A stretch of 64,000 nucleotides of DNA from Alphaproteobacteria bacterium (GTDB lineage Bacteria > Pseudomonadota > Alphaproteobacteria > Rs-D84), in contig JAGCYJ010000008.1 in assembly GCA_017960855.1 (NCBI GenBank), positions 44,654 through 108,653 of the forward strand. Direction: 5' to 3'. Below the pieces are notes generated by a model, which was given only the letters and a program-made list of their open reading frames with translations, was not told the DNA's origin and did not search any database. How positions within the stretch are numbered: the first letter of the stretch is position 1; every line of letters begins with the position of its first letter. Below are positions 40,952 through 51,530 of this stretch, piece after piece. A program made the position numbers and the translations under genes.

Positions 40952-41920
40952 ATGAAAGCATACCAAGATATTCTTGAATACATTTTAACAAACGGGAAAA
41001 TGGTGTTTAACGCACGTACGGGAAAGTACACTTGGCGCATACCATGGGGCACAACATTTGAACACGATATGTCCAAGGGGTTCCCATTACTGACCACCAA
41101 AAAAATGGGGTTGCTTAATATCTCTACGGAACTAGAGTTCTTCTTACATGGCATTACCGATCGCAAATGGTTGCAAGACAGAAACTGTCATATCTGGGAC
41201 GAATGGGCAAATCCGGAAAAATGGAAACCAGTATATGAAGCCAATGTCGCAAAAATGGAAGAACAGGGCTGGTTGTTATTCCCCGAAGACAAAGAGAAAA
41301 TGATGGCGGACGCCATCAGTGCGGAACGCGACCTTGGTCCAATTTACGGATACCAATGGCGTCATTTCGGTGCCAAATACAAGTTTAACCCAAGTGAAAT
41401 TGATTTGGATCCAACCGCCAATTTTGACCCGAAGCACCCCGGCGTTGACCAAGTTGCAAATGTTATAAAAGAACTTAAACGCGACCCATCAAACCGTCGC
41501 CTTGTTGTCACCGCAATGAACCCCGCTGAACAGAACAGAATGGCGTTGCCACCATGCCATGTTATGTTTCAACTTTTGGCGAACAAAGGCAAATTGAACC
41601 TGATATGGACGCAACGGTCATGCGACACATTCTTGGGTATTCCGTATAATATTGCATCTTATGGCATGCTGTTGCTGCTGTTTGCCAAAGAAACAGGGCT
41701 GGAACCCGGTATTTTAAAGGGCGAATTGCACGATGTCCACATATATGAAGACCATCTGGAACAGGTCAGAGAGCAACTTAAACGCGAGCCGTACCCATTA
41801 CCAACAGTGGTGATTCCAGACGAAAACTGGAACGGTATGTTAAATTGGCACGCCAAGGGCGGTTTTGTGTTAAAGGACTATGTTTGCCATGGGAAACTAA
41901 AGGGCGCAGTTGCGCGATAA
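40952..41920 (+). CDS. thyA: Thymidylate synthase (ThyA), long form.
   Basis: Catalytic LPPCH, plus IYGYQWRHFG. Confidence 0.9.
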   Translation: MKAYQDILEYILTNGKMVFNARTGKYTWRIPWGTTFEHDMSKGFPLLTTKKMGLLNISTELEFFLHGITDRKWLQDRNCHIWDEWANPEKWKPVYEANVAKMEEQGWLLFPEDKEKMMADAISAERDLGPIYGYQWRHFGAKYKFNPSEIDLDPTANFDPKHPGVDQVANVIKELKRDPSNRRLVVTAMNPAEQNRMALPPCHVMFQLLANKGKLNLIWTQRSCDTFLGIPYNIASYGMLLLLFAKETGLEPGILKGELHDVHIYEDHLEQVREQLKREPYPLPTVVIPDENWNGMLNWHAKGGFVLKDYVCHGKLKGAVAR

Positions 41921-41921
41921 A

Positions 41922-41948
41922 GAAAAAACGCCCGCCGATTTGGCGGGT
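41922..41948 (+). terminator. Rho-independent terminator after thyA.
   Basis: AAAACGCCCGCCGATTTGGCGGGTGCTTTTT. Confidence 0.5.
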
Positions 41949-42013
41949 GCTTTTTACGCATTACGATTGACAAATGTTAGTTTTAGTGCTACCTTTCAAT
42001 AAAAGGTTAGAAA

Positions 42014-42535
42014 ATGACAGAAAAAACATACAAAAAACCAAGTGAAATGACCGCCGAAGAAAAGGCGGGGCGTATATTGCGCTTGAAGCACAAATTTTAT
42101 GATATTAGCACTGTTCCGTCGTTGTTGTTGCAAGATGAACTGGAACATCGTGCTTTGACCACCGATGCTAAATTGATGGCCGGCATAGAAAAACTGCAAA
42201 CGCTAGAACACAAGGTTACCACATTAACCAAACAATACGAAGCCAAAGTATTGGAACAAAAAATTCTGCTGGCACCACAACATCAACAGCAACTTGCCCA
42301 GATGAACGACGCGCACACATTGGAACGCAATAAGCTTTTGTCATCAACAAACCCATTTATACGCGCACGGGCAGAACAATTACGTACCAAACAAGAAAAA
42401 GAACAGGCAAAATTATTGGCCAAGCAAGCCGCAACATTGAACGAAGTTCGTAATAAAGCGGCAAAAAAATTAAATCAAGCCCAAGGCCGACTTTTTTCAT
42501 TGTTTATGACGTATGTTCATCAAATCTATAAATAA
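42014..42535 (+). CDS. Hypothetical coiled-coil protein (173 aa).
   Basis: ORF with a following terminator at 42541-42573. Confidence 0.4.
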   Translation: MTEKTYKKPSEMTAEEKAGRILRLKHKFYDISTVPSLLLQDELEHRALTTDAKLMAGIEKLQTLEHKVTTLTKQYEAKVLEQKILLAPQHQQQLAQMNDAHTLERNKLLSSTNPFIRARAEQLRTKQEKEQAKLLAKQAATLNEVRNKAAKKLNQAQGRLFSLFMTYVHQIYK

Positions 42536-42712
42536 ACCTAAAAAAATCCGGCTTTTGTCGGATTTTTTATTGTTATTTGCTTGATTTTTCATTTGTTTTC
42601 ATTTAATATTGGTCTGCTTTTGCGGGTGGGCGCAATTGCAATCCGATTAACCCCACAAGACCTTTGCCTTTTCTAGAGCATGGCAAATGGCAAACTTTGT
42701 TTGATTTTTCAT

Positions 42713-44401
42713 ATGAAAGATTTATCCAAAGATTTATTTAATCCAATCGCAAACGAGGACTTTGTCCAAATGTTTGACAAAGATTATGGTTCCCAAGAAA
42801 CTCTGCAGGGTTATGCTACCAAGGGTACTGTAAAAGATATTCGTGGCGATTTTGTTATGGTTGATGTTGGCCTTAAATCCGAAGGTCGCATTCCGTTAAA
42901 AGAATTTGGCGCATCAGTTCCATCTGTGGGCGACATTATTGACGTTTTTGTTGAACGTTATGAATCCCGCGAAGGAACCGCTGTTTTGTCTTATACCAAG
43001 GCACGTGCTGAAAAAGCATGGAAAGATTTGGAAAAGACAGTTGCCGAAGGTATTGACCCAGAAGGCACAATTATTGATGTCGTTCGTGGTGGTTACACCG
43101 TCGATATCAATGGCGTATTTGCATTTATGCCTTCGTCCCAGGTTGATCACAAACCGGTTCGTGATGCCAAATCTTTGATTGGTTTAAAGGACAAGTTCCG
43201 TATTTTGAAGATGGACGCTTTGCGCACAAACGCAATTGTTTCCCGTCGTGCAATCCAATCTGATACAATCGCCGAACAACAGAAAGAAGCGATGAAGAAC
43301 ATCTCGTTGGGTGCAGTGATTGAAGGTACAGTCAAGAATATCACCGATTATGGTGTGTTTGTTGATTTGGGCGGAATTGACGGTTTGTTGCACGTGACCG
43401 ATTTGTCTTGGAAACGCGTAAATCATCCACGCGAATTGGTTCATGTCGGCGAAAAGATCAAAGTGAAAGTTATTCAATTTGATCCTGAATCTCACCGTAT
43501 TTCATTGGGTGCAAAACAGTTAGAAGAAGACCCATGGGAAACAGCATCACGCGCATTCAATGTTGGCGATACTGTGACCGGTAAAGTTTCTTCTATTACC
43601 GATTATGGTGCATTCATTGACCTTGGTAACAATATTGAAGGTTTGGTCCATATGTCTGAATTGTCATGGACAAACAAGAACATTCACCCAAGCAAAGTGT
43701 TGCAAGCGGGTCAAGAAGTCAATGTTGTTGTTTTGGGCATTGACCAAGAAAAACGCCGTATTTCATTGGGCTATAAACAGTTGTTGCCAAATCCATGGAA
43801 ACAATTTGCTGAAACCCACAATGTTGGCGACGTTGTGACTGGTCCAATCAAGAACACAACTGAATTCGGTTTGTTTGTTGCATTGACACCTGAACTGGAC
43901 GGTATGGTTCACATTTCCGATTTGTCTTGGAACAAACTGGACGAAGAAGAATTAAAGAAATTCGTCCGTGGCCAAGAAGTGACCGCTAAAATTTTGGATA
44001 TCAATCCAGAAAAAGAACGCGTCACATTAGGTATCAAGCAATTGACCGAAAGTGCTGAAAACAACGCTGTTTCCATCAAGAAGGGCGCAGTTGTTTCCGG
44101 TACTGTTTCTGAAATCACACCTGATGAATTGATTTTGGCGTTGGCCGGTGATGCCAAGGGTATTATCCGCCGCACCGACTTGTCCCGCGAAAAATCGGAA
44201 CAAGACACATCCAAATTCAATGTCGGCGATACAGTTGAAGCATCTGTTGTTTCCGTTGAAAACAACACTGTTAAACTGTCTATCCGTGCATTACAGGTGA
44301 CATTGGAAAAGCAAGCCGTCAAAGAATTCGCTAACGAAGCCGACTCTGGTTCCGTCTTGGGCGACATCTTGGGCGCAGCGATTGAAAACAGCAAAAAATA
44401 A
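42713..44401 (+). CDS. rpsA: 30S ribosomal protein S1.
   Basis: Six S1 domains (GxVxGxVxxIxxFGAFVDLG repeats). The start is uncertain (42680-42713). Confidence 0.9.
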   Translation: MKDLSKDLFNPIANEDFVQMFDKDYGSQETLQGYATKGTVKDIRGDFVMVDVGLKSEGRIPLKEFGASVPSVGDIIDVFVERYESREGTAVLSYTKARAEKAWKDLEKTVAEGIDPEGTIIDVVRGGYTVDINGVFAFMPSSQVDHKPVRDAKSLIGLKDKFRILKMDALRTNAIVSRRAIQSDTIAEQQKEAMKNISLGAVIEGTVKNITDYGVFVDLGGIDGLLHVTDLSWKRVNHPRELVHVGEKIKVKVIQFDPESHRISLGAKQLEEDPWETASRAFNVGDTVTGKVSSITDYGAFIDLGNNIEGLVHMSELSWTNKNIHPSKVLQAGQEVNVVVLGIDQEKRRISLGYKQLLPNPWKQFAETHNVGDVVTGPIKNTTEFGLFVALTPELDGMVHISDLSWNKLDEEELKKFVRGQEVTAKILDINPEKERVTLGIKQLTESAENNAVSIKKGAVVSGTVSEITPDELILALAGDAKGIIRRTDLSREKSEQDTSKFNVGDTVEASVVSVENNTVKLSIRALQVTLEKQAVKEFANEADSGSVLGDILGAAIENSKK

Positions 44402-44424
44402 TTTCTGTTAAAATCGTATAAAAT

Positions 44425-44463
44425 TGACCGAGTATGTTATTGACATGCTCGGTCATTTTTTTC
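44425..44463 (+). terminator. Rho-independent terminator after rpsA.
   Basis: TGACCGAGTATG...CATGCTCGGTCA followed by T7. The ORF-track 'start' of the giant ORF (TTG at 44424) lies inside this hairpin. Confidence 0.6.
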
Positions 44464-44492
44464 TACCCTTTAACATAAGGAAGGAAAAAATC

Positions 44493-47400
44493 ATTCAAAA
44501 ACGCACGATTCTTAAACGAATTATAGCGGCGGTATTGTTTATCGCCGTGGCTTTCGTTGATATGACGGCGACGAATGCCGCAACGGCGCGCCGTGTTGCG
44601 CAACCACAAACAACAACCACAACGAATCGTACCATAACCCCCAGAACCACAACTGCACGAACAACAACGAAGCGAACCACGGCCAAGAATACTTCAACCG
44701 CAAAGACAACCACCACAACTGCACAGCGCGTGGCAAATCGTACAGTCCCTACAACAAAAGCATCAACAGAGCAACCAAAAACCAACGTTGTTTCGCGTAC
44801 CGCCACAAATAAAAATGCGGGGGCGACGCGCCGATATACACAATCGTCAACACAATCACGCACAATAACCCGTGCCACGACTCTGACCGGCACAGTTGGT
44901 GCCAAATCAGGCGCTGTTGGTGGTTTGGTAAAAATGTACGTTCCAGATGACCTGCGCCTTAGTGACGAAAATATAAAGAAATACGTAGAATTATCATCAT
45001 CGGGCGACGGCAATAATTATATCTTGTTCAAGTTATATAATAATCAACTACCTTCACTTGCCACTATGTTCAACAGAATAAAAGTGCAGCACAACGGTAA
45101 TACATACGGTGTTTATGCCGAAAACTCAACCACAAGCAACAATATTGTTAATACAAGTGGCACTCAAACCGCCACATCTGTTCCAAACAGCATGTATTTG
45201 GTTCAATCACAATCAACGACTGGTGATACATGCAGCAAAGATTCAGATTGTGGTGCTGGTACATGCAATTCTGGCACATGCCAATGTTTTCTTAATCACA
45301 CAACCCAATCGGGCAATTTTTGCGCTTGTGAAACCGGCTATGCATTAAGTGGTGGTCAATGTGTAAACGCAGCAGAGAATGATTCAACAAACATAATAAC
45401 ATGTACCGGTGCAAGCGATGAAATCGTCGTATCTGGTAACAATTGTGTTAAATCAAAATTCGAAATTACCACTGTAAATAACGTTGCCTTTTCCGACGAA
45501 GACACCATTGCTTTTAACATAACCGCTATTGGAACATTCTATGTCGATTGGGGCGACGAAACACAACCAGGAACACAAATTATCGTTTCCAATACCCTTG
45601 ACACCACCAAATACCAACATAAATATTCCGGCGAGAAATCTCGCAAAATTCGTATTGGGGGTGGCGCAACCGGCGGTTATTCTGATACAAAGGCGGTAAT
45701 GGAATTTTGTTATTATGGTTTGGCACAAGACTACGTACAAAAACTTAGCGGTTCAATTGGGGCACTGTTCCCGATACGCGCTGGTGCAACAAACCCAATA
45801 CCGAAATTCAATGGAACATTTGCATATTGCAACCAGCTTACGACGGTTCCGGCCACATTGTTTAGTGGCATTAATGTCACGACCCCATCTATGTTCGAAA
45901 ATACCTTTAAACAATGTATAAACTTAAACAACATTCCATCTGGTTTGTTCGGTGATATAAGCGACACCCCCAAGCAGGATTTGTTTAAATCTACATTTGA
46001 TGGTTGCAAAAAACTTACAAGTGTGCCAGCTGGTTTATTCAGTGGTATTCAGGGTGCACCTGCCAAGGAACTGTTTTATGAAACGTTTAAGGGCTGTTCC
46101 AGTTTGACCAGCATACCCGATAATTTATTCAGTGGCATCCAGGGCGCACCTGCCGACCAAATGTTTTATGGTACATTTGATTCTTGTTCCAGTTTGACTG
46201 CCATACCCAATAATTTATTCAGTGGCATCCAGGGGAAACCCGCCGCAGCTATGTTTAACCGTACATTTGCCGCATGCAGCAGTTTGACCAGCATACCAGC
46301 AAATCTGTTTAGTGGCATATCGGGTGCACCAGCAGCATCAATGTTTCACGGAACTTTTTCCAGTTGTTCCAATATCCAGAGTTTGCCGACCGGGCTGTTC
46401 AGTGGCATAGTTGGCCCAACAGCAATACGAATCTATGATTCTACATTTAGTGGATGCAAGGGGCTTACCGGTAACATACCCGATGATTTCTTTGGCAAAT
46501 TATATGGGGTACCGTCTTCGTATATGTTCCAAAATACATTTACAAATTGCAGCAATCTTACCGGTGATGTTCCGTCCAGTATGTATAAGAACCTGCAAGA
46601 ATACCCCGTTAGTCCAGGATACCCAGGTCCCACAAACACATACAGCCAAGCTTTCTATGGTTGCACCAATATGGCGACAAGTTGTGAAAATGGAACATAC
46701 GAAGATCCGGCATCTGCACCGTTCAAATCCGAATGGGATGGGCATGTTGCCTGTACCGATGGCAGCGTCGCGGAAATGCCAGAATGTGCAGAAAACCAGT
46801 TTGTCGCAGATGACACATGTGTTGATTCAAAATTCGCCGTCACAACAACCAACAACACCAGACATTTCGCATTCACAATCGGTGCCAAAGGTTTAATCTT
46901 TGTTGATTGGGGCGATGGCGTGACAGAGGTTCTGGGGCAACCAGACGCCATTGAAAAAACATATTCACATGACTATACGACCGCGGGCGAATACACAATT
47001 CGTTTCAGCGCCGCGCCATCAGATTATCCGAACCCTTATAGCAAAAGCATTATTCGTTTTGGCTATAGCGGTAACGAGGATGATGCACGCGCAGAAACGC
47101 CGGCCAATGTTAAATCAGTCAGCGGTTCATTGGGCGAATTGTTCCCGAATATAGATGGCGCAAGTCACGAACCGGCATTCATAAGGACATTCAGCGACTG
47201 TTCTAATTTGGAATCTATACCCGCAGGTTTGTTTAGCGGCATAACAAAACCGACACCTTATATGTTTAGTGGCACGTTCAAAAATTGCACCAAACTTACC
47301 AGCATACCAAGCACACTGTTTGCTGGCATATCGGGTACGCCGACCAAGTATTTGTTCTCTAATACATTTGCGGGTTGCACCGGCATTACCAGTATTCCAG

Positions 47401-50400
47401 AAACCTTATTTTCAACGATTACTGGCGAGTTATCCGAAGGTCTATTTGCGGGTACATTCGAAGGTTGTTCGGGTCTTACAGGACAAATACCGAATAATCT
47501 GTTCAGTAGCTTGTCTGGTCCGGACAATCGTTCTTTCCAAAATATGTTTAAAGATTGCACAGGGCTTTCGGGGTACGTTCCCACTAGCTTCTATATTAAT
47601 AAAGATTTGTATGCAGGTTCCAGCAGTTCAAGCGTGTTTGAAAACACTGGTTTGGCTACAGAATGTGCATCACCACTGGTTCTGGATCCACGCGCACCAC
47701 AAAATTATAACGGCAACCCGTACTGGGATTATAAAGTAGCATGCAATTATCCGTGTACATCTGACAAAATTGATGCGCATAAAGATGGCTTGGAATGCTA
47801 TGATCCAGAATTTGAAATCGTAACAACGGACGACACCACGGAACTGAAGTTCGTATTGACCGCAACTGGAACATTCTATGTTGATTGTGGCGACGACGGT
47901 ACATTGTCCAGAAGGAACACCGGCAGTGGCGCCAGCGTAACAGGAAACACCATAACCCAACAAACTAGTGTTGTTTCAGTATATACTTGTTCTTATCCGA
48001 CCGCAGGCAGACACACCATACGTATGGCGGGCGAAGCAACCGGATATACAGACAATGATTCGGTCGGGTTGTCATACGAAGAACCGGCGGCGATAACATT
48101 CTATCATGCCGACTATGCACCAACCAGCCAGAATATCACGGAAATTCGTGGTTCATTGGCGACAATATTCCCAGAGGTTGGTTCCCGTTCTGACATCACA
48201 GAATGTCCGCGTTTCCACGGAACATTCCGCAACGCACAAATAAAAACAATACCCGAAGGGTTGTTTGATGGGTTGTCCGGTTGTGGGCAATACACGTTCT
48301 ATTATACCTTTGCGAACAATGAACAACTTGAGAGTATACCAGCTGGATTGTTCAGCAGCATCACCAACGGTGTAAAGAATATGTTTGATTCCACATTCCG
48401 TGGTTGCACCAAACTTACCAGCATACCAAGCAATTTGTTCAGCAACCTTCATAGCGTTGATCAAAGAATATTCGAAAGTACCTTCGCCGGTTGTACAGGG
48501 CTGACAGCTCTGCCGGTTGGGTTATTCCAAAACATTACCACAGCGGCACCATACATGTTCTGGAACACATTTAATGGTTGTTCAAATATGGGCAGCTATA
48601 TACCATCAACCGCATTCAAGGGCTTAACCGACAACAACTGTCCAACTGAAAGCAATATGTGGACTGGGACCTTCAATAATACCAGTATGTCTACGATGTT
48701 CTGTCCACAGGGCACCACAAAATATACTTCTTGTTATTCTGACGGTAAATTTGGTAATTGGATTTCATGTGAAGAGGGTGGTTCCACTGGTGGTGACGAA
48801 GACCCACAGCTTTTTACATGCACTGGGGCGACCGATGAAATTGTGGTTAGTGGCACACAGTGTGTCAAAGCCGCACTTGTCGTAACAACAAAAGAACAGA
48901 ACTCTTTCAAATTTGATATCAGTGCCGGCGGAACATTCTATGTAGATTGGGGCGATGGCAACGTTGAAACGATTGACCGCAGTGGCACCACATCATTAAA
49001 CACAGTTAGCCATAACTACACAACCGCTGCAAAACGCACTGTTCGTTTTGGTGGTGTTGCCAATGCATATTCCACCATCCAAACACATCCTGCAATTCGT
49101 TTTTATTCTGGTGACGGTTGCGACATTTATGGAATTGACCAATCCAGTTCTTTGGGTGCAATGTTCCCGATTATTGCATCGGGTGGCAACGGCAACACGC
49201 CACGATTCTATGAAACATTCCGCAACTGCATTGATAAAAACAATACCAGCGCAGGAACCAATGGAACGGCACTTATTCCGGCTGGTTTGTTCAGTGGAAT
49301 AAATGGTGCACCGGTGTCATATATGTTCTATGACACGTTTGCCGGTTCTAATTTCCGCGATCCGTCATCGGGTCCGACAATACCATCGGGGCTTTTCAGC
49401 GGTATAACTGGTGCGCCGGCGGAACACTTGTTTGACGGAACATTCAGAAACATTGAATATATGTCTGGGAACATACCAGCCGATCTGTTTGCCGGCATCC
49501 AAGGGACACCAGCGCCGTATATGTTTGCACGAACATTCGCCTATGCTGGTGGCGCATGGGAAAATCGTGATTTCCGTATAGATTCGGCTTTGTTCGGATT
49601 TATTACTGGCACACCAGCCAAAGGGATGTTTGAATCAACATTTGAAGGGTCTTGGTTAACCAATTTACCAATCGGACTGTTTGCGAATATAAGTGGTGCA
49701 CCGGCAATCGATATGTTTGATTCCACATTTAAAGAATGCACACATATTTCTGGCGCGACATTATCAAATACCACGTTCGGGAATATATCTGGCACGGTTG
49801 CCACTGGTATGTTCAAGAATACATTTAAGAATATCACAGGCATCACTGGTTCTATTCCAAACAAATTATTTGGAACCTTGACCGGTGCCCCAGCGCAAGA
49901 TATGTTTGCAGGCACATTTGAGGGCTGTACCGGAATCACAGGTGCTATCCCCAGTGGACTGTTTGGCTCTATTAGTGGCAACATACAATGGCCAATGGCA
50001 TTCAACAGCACGTTTTATAACACCAGCATTACCAGCATACCCGAAGATTTATTCAGTGGTATCACTGGTACAGATTTTGAACATTCGTTCACCTATACAT
50101 TTGCCGGCACAAAGATAACCAGCATTCCAGAAAACTTATTCGCCGGCATAACTGGAACCTATGAAAGTATGTTCACTGGGACGTTTATGAACTGTGAAAA
50201 CCTTACCACTGTTCCTGCTGGCTTGTTCAACCGTATCACAGGCACCCCGAAACCTTTGATGTTTGACGAAACGTTCGCAGGTTGCACCAGTTTGCAGCAA
50301 GTACCATACAACCTGTTTGGTGGAATATCTGGCGCACCTGTAAATAAAATATTCCCAGCGACATTCAAGGACTCTGGATTGACATCCATAGACAATCGCT

Positions 50401-51494
50401 TGTTCAGCGGTATAACTGGTACGCCGGCAACCAACATATTCTATGAAACATTTTCAGGATGTACAGGACTTACCGCATTACCAACCGAACTGTTCAAGAA
50501 CATATCTGGCACACCTGCGGATTCAATGTTCCATAGCACATTTGAAGATTGCAGCAACATAACCGGCAGCATCCCCAACGATTTATTTGGACCGGTATCC
50601 GGCAATCCGGCCGCGGGTATGTTCGCGTGGACATTTATAAGATGCTCTTCATTAACAGGCGAGGTGCCAACCAATATGTTTGTGGGGCTGAATCACGATT
50701 ATACAATGCCGGAAAATACTTCGCCATTCACGAATGCGTTCTATAAAACTGGTATGCCGGCACAATGTCCAGAAGGGTATAAGTTGCACCCCTATGCAGC
50801 AAAATATAGAACTTATTGGGATGGTCGCGTTGCATGTGTTGTGGATGAAAACGGCGGCGGTTCTGGTGGCGGCGAAACAACAAATGAGTGTACCACCAAT
50901 TCTGACTGTGGCGCGGGCACATGCGATTCTGGCACATGCCAATGTTTTACCAATGCAATTATTGTTAATGGCCAATGTGTGTGCGAAGACGACCACGAAC
51001 AAACCAGTACTTCGTGTATAGCATGCCCTGACAATGGCAATATGGGAGAAGCCATACCTGGTGGTGCAAGGAATTGCACAATCGCATACCACAGTACTGA
51101 GGGTAGTGCCTGTGAAGAAGTTTATGAAAACTGCATATACTATTGTGAAGAAGGTTATCATCAACAAGGTGATGCATGTGTAGCAACTGAATGCGAAGCT
51201 GATTCTGACTGTGGGGCGGGAATATGCAATTCTAGTATGTGCGAGTGTTTTGAAAACACAAATAAAATTAATGGTCAATGTGTATGCAAAGATGACTATG
51301 AACAAACCGACGTTTCATGTACGGCTTGTTCAGACAGCGAGTGGTATTACGACGACATACCTGGTGGCGTAAAAGAGTGCGAACATGCATACCACAGTTC
51401 TGGAGGCAGTGTTTGTGAAGAACTAGTTACTGGAAACTGTAACATCTATTGTAACGATGGCTATCACGAAGAGAACGGCGAATGCGTACAATAA
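44493..51494 (+). CDS. Giant secreted repeat protein (~2330 aa). It combines a T/R-rich linker, EGF-like Cys modules, four super-repeats and long arrays of ~30-aa BspA-like LRR repeats.
   Basis: The reading frame is continuous. The signal/TM segment is KRIIAAVLFIAVAFV. The EGF-like modules read CGAGTCNSGTCQCF...CxCExGYxxxGGxC, one N-terminal and two C-terminal. Four modules start C..DEIVVSGxxCVK..FxxTT...F...A.GTFYVDWGDG. There are dozens of LFSGIxGxPAxxMFxxTFxxCxxLTSIPxx units. The start is ambiguous: a strong SD, AAGGAAGGA at 44477-85, is followed only by ATC/ATT in frame (44490/44493). Confidence 0.8.
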   Translation: MQKRTILKRIIAAVLFIAVAFVDMTATNAATARRVAQPQTTTTTNRTITPRTTTARTTTKRTTAKNTSTAKTTTTTAQRVANRTVPTTKASTEQPKTNVVSRTATNKNAGATRRYTQSSTQSRTITRATTLTGTVGAKSGAVGGLVKMYVPDDLRLSDENIKKYVELSSSGDGNNYILFKLYNNQLPSLATMFNRIKVQHNGNTYGVYAENSTTSNNIVNTSGTQTATSVPNSMYLVQSQSTTGDTCSKDSDCGAGTCNSGTCQCFLNHTTQSGNFCACETGYALSGGQCVNAAENDSTNIITCTGASDEIVVSGNNCVKSKFEITTVNNVAFSDEDTIAFNITAIGTFYVDWGDETQPGTQIIVSNTLDTTKYQHKYSGEKSRKIRIGGGATGGYSDTKAVMEFCYYGLAQDYVQKLSGSIGALFPIRAGATNPIPKFNGTFAYCNQLTTVPATLFSGINVTTPSMFENTFKQCINLNNIPSGLFGDISDTPKQDLFKSTFDGCKKLTSVPAGLFSGIQGAPAKELFYETFKGCSSLTSIPDNLFSGIQGAPADQMFYGTFDSCSSLTAIPNNLFSGIQGKPAAAMFNRTFAACSSLTSIPANLFSGISGAPAASMFHGTFSSCSNIQSLPTGLFSGIVGPTAIRIYDSTFSGCKGLTGNIPDDFFGKLYGVPSSYMFQNTFTNCSNLTGDVPSSMYKNLQEYPVSPGYPGPTNTYSQAFYGCTNMATSCENGTYEDPASAPFKSEWDGHVACTDGSVAEMPECAENQFVADDTCVDSKFAVTTTNNTRHFAFTIGAKGLIFVDWGDGVTEVLGQPDAIEKTYSHDYTTAGEYTIRFSAAPSDYPNPYSKSIIRFGYSGNEDDARAETPANVKSVSGSLGELFPNIDGASHEPAFIRTFSDCSNLESIPAGLFSGITKPTPYMFSGTFKNCTKLTSIPSTLFAGISGTPTKYLFSNTFAGCTGITSIPETLFSTITGELSEGLFAGTFEGCSGLTGQIPNNLFSSLSGPDNRSFQNMFKDCTGLSGYVPTSFYINKDLYAGSSSSSVFENTGLATECASPLVLDPRAPQNYNGNPYWDYKVACNYPCTSDKIDAHKDGLECYDPEFEIVTTDDTTELKFVLTATGTFYVDCGDDGTLSRRNTGSGASVTGNTITQQTSVVSVYTCSYPTAGRHTIRMAGEATGYTDNDSVGLSYEEPAAITFYHADYAPTSQNITEIRGSLATIFPEVGSRSDITECPRFHGTFRNAQIKTIPEGLFDGLSGCGQYTFYYTFANNEQLESIPAGLFSSITNGVKNMFDSTFRGCTKLTSIPSNLFSNLHSVDQRIFESTFAGCTGLTALPVGLFQNITTAAPYMFWNTFNGCSNMGSYIPSTAFKGLTDNNCPTESNMWTGTFNNTSMSTMFCPQGTTKYTSCYSDGKFGNWISCEEGGSTGGDEDPQLFTCTGATDEIVVSGTQCVKAALVVTTKEQNSFKFDISAGGTFYVDWGDGNVETIDRSGTTSLNTVSHNYTTAAKRTVRFGGVANAYSTIQTHPAIRFYSGDGCDIYGIDQSSSLGAMFPIIASGGNGNTPRFYETFRNCIDKNNTSAGTNGTALIPAGLFSGINGAPVSYMFYDTFAGSNFRDPSSGPTIPSGLFSGITGAPAEHLFDGTFRNIEYMSGNIPADLFAGIQGTPAPYMFARTFAYAGGAWENRDFRIDSALFGFITGTPAKGMFESTFEGSWLTNLPIGLFANISGAPAIDMFDSTFKECTHISGATLSNTTFGNISGTVATGMFKNTFKNITGITGSIPNKLFGTLTGAPAQDMFAGTFEGCTGITGAIPSGLFGSISGNIQWPMAFNSTFYNTSITSIPEDLFSGITGTDFEHSFTYTFAGTKITSIPENLFAGITGTYESMFTGTFMNCENLTTVPAGLFNRITGTPKPLMFDETFAGCTSLQQVPYNLFGGISGAPVNKIFPATFKDSGLTSIDNRLFSGITGTPATNIFYETFSGCTGLTALPTELFKNISGTPADSMFHSTFEDCSNITGSIPNDLFGPVSGNPAAGMFAWTFIRCSSLTGEVPTNMFVGLNHDYTMPENTSPFTNAFYKTGMPAQCPEGYKLHPYAAKYRTYWDGRVACVVDENGGGSGGGETTNECTTNSDCGAGTCDSGTCQCFTNAIIVNGQCVCEDDHEQTSTSCIACPDNGNMGEAIPGGARNCTIAYHSTEGSACEEVYENCIYYCEEGYHQQGDACVATECEADSDCGAGICNSSMCECFENTNKINGQCVCKDDYEQTDVSCTACSDSEWYYDDIPGGVKECEHAYHSSGGSVCEELVTGNCNIYCNDGYHEENGECVQ
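45840..46600 (+). repeat. First array of ~30-aa LRR-like tandem repeats inside the giant gene (degenerate at the DNA level).
   Basis: About 25 copies of LFSGIQGAPAKELFYETFKGCSSLTSIPDN-type units. Confidence 0.7.
49270..50700 (+). repeat. Main array of ~30-aa LRR-like tandem repeats inside the giant gene.
   Basis: About 45 consecutive units, from ...LFSGINGAPVSYMFYDTF to ...GEVPTNMFVGL. Confidence 0.7.
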
Positions 51495-51495
51495 T

Positions 51496-51527
51496 CCCCC
51501 CGACGATGTCGGGGGTCTTTATTATTT
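51496..51527. terminator. Bidirectional rho-independent terminator.
   Basis: CCCCCGACGATGTCGGGGG then a T-run. Confidence 0.6.
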
Positions 51528-51530
51528 GTA

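Noticed and set aside
44495-51305. Numerous 60-220-aa ORFs on both strands inside the giant gene (for example 44495..45013, 50652..51305, 49541..50011)
   Set aside because: They are frame-shifted or antisense readings of the repeat arrays. The long continuous sense frame with coherent repeat structure explains the region.
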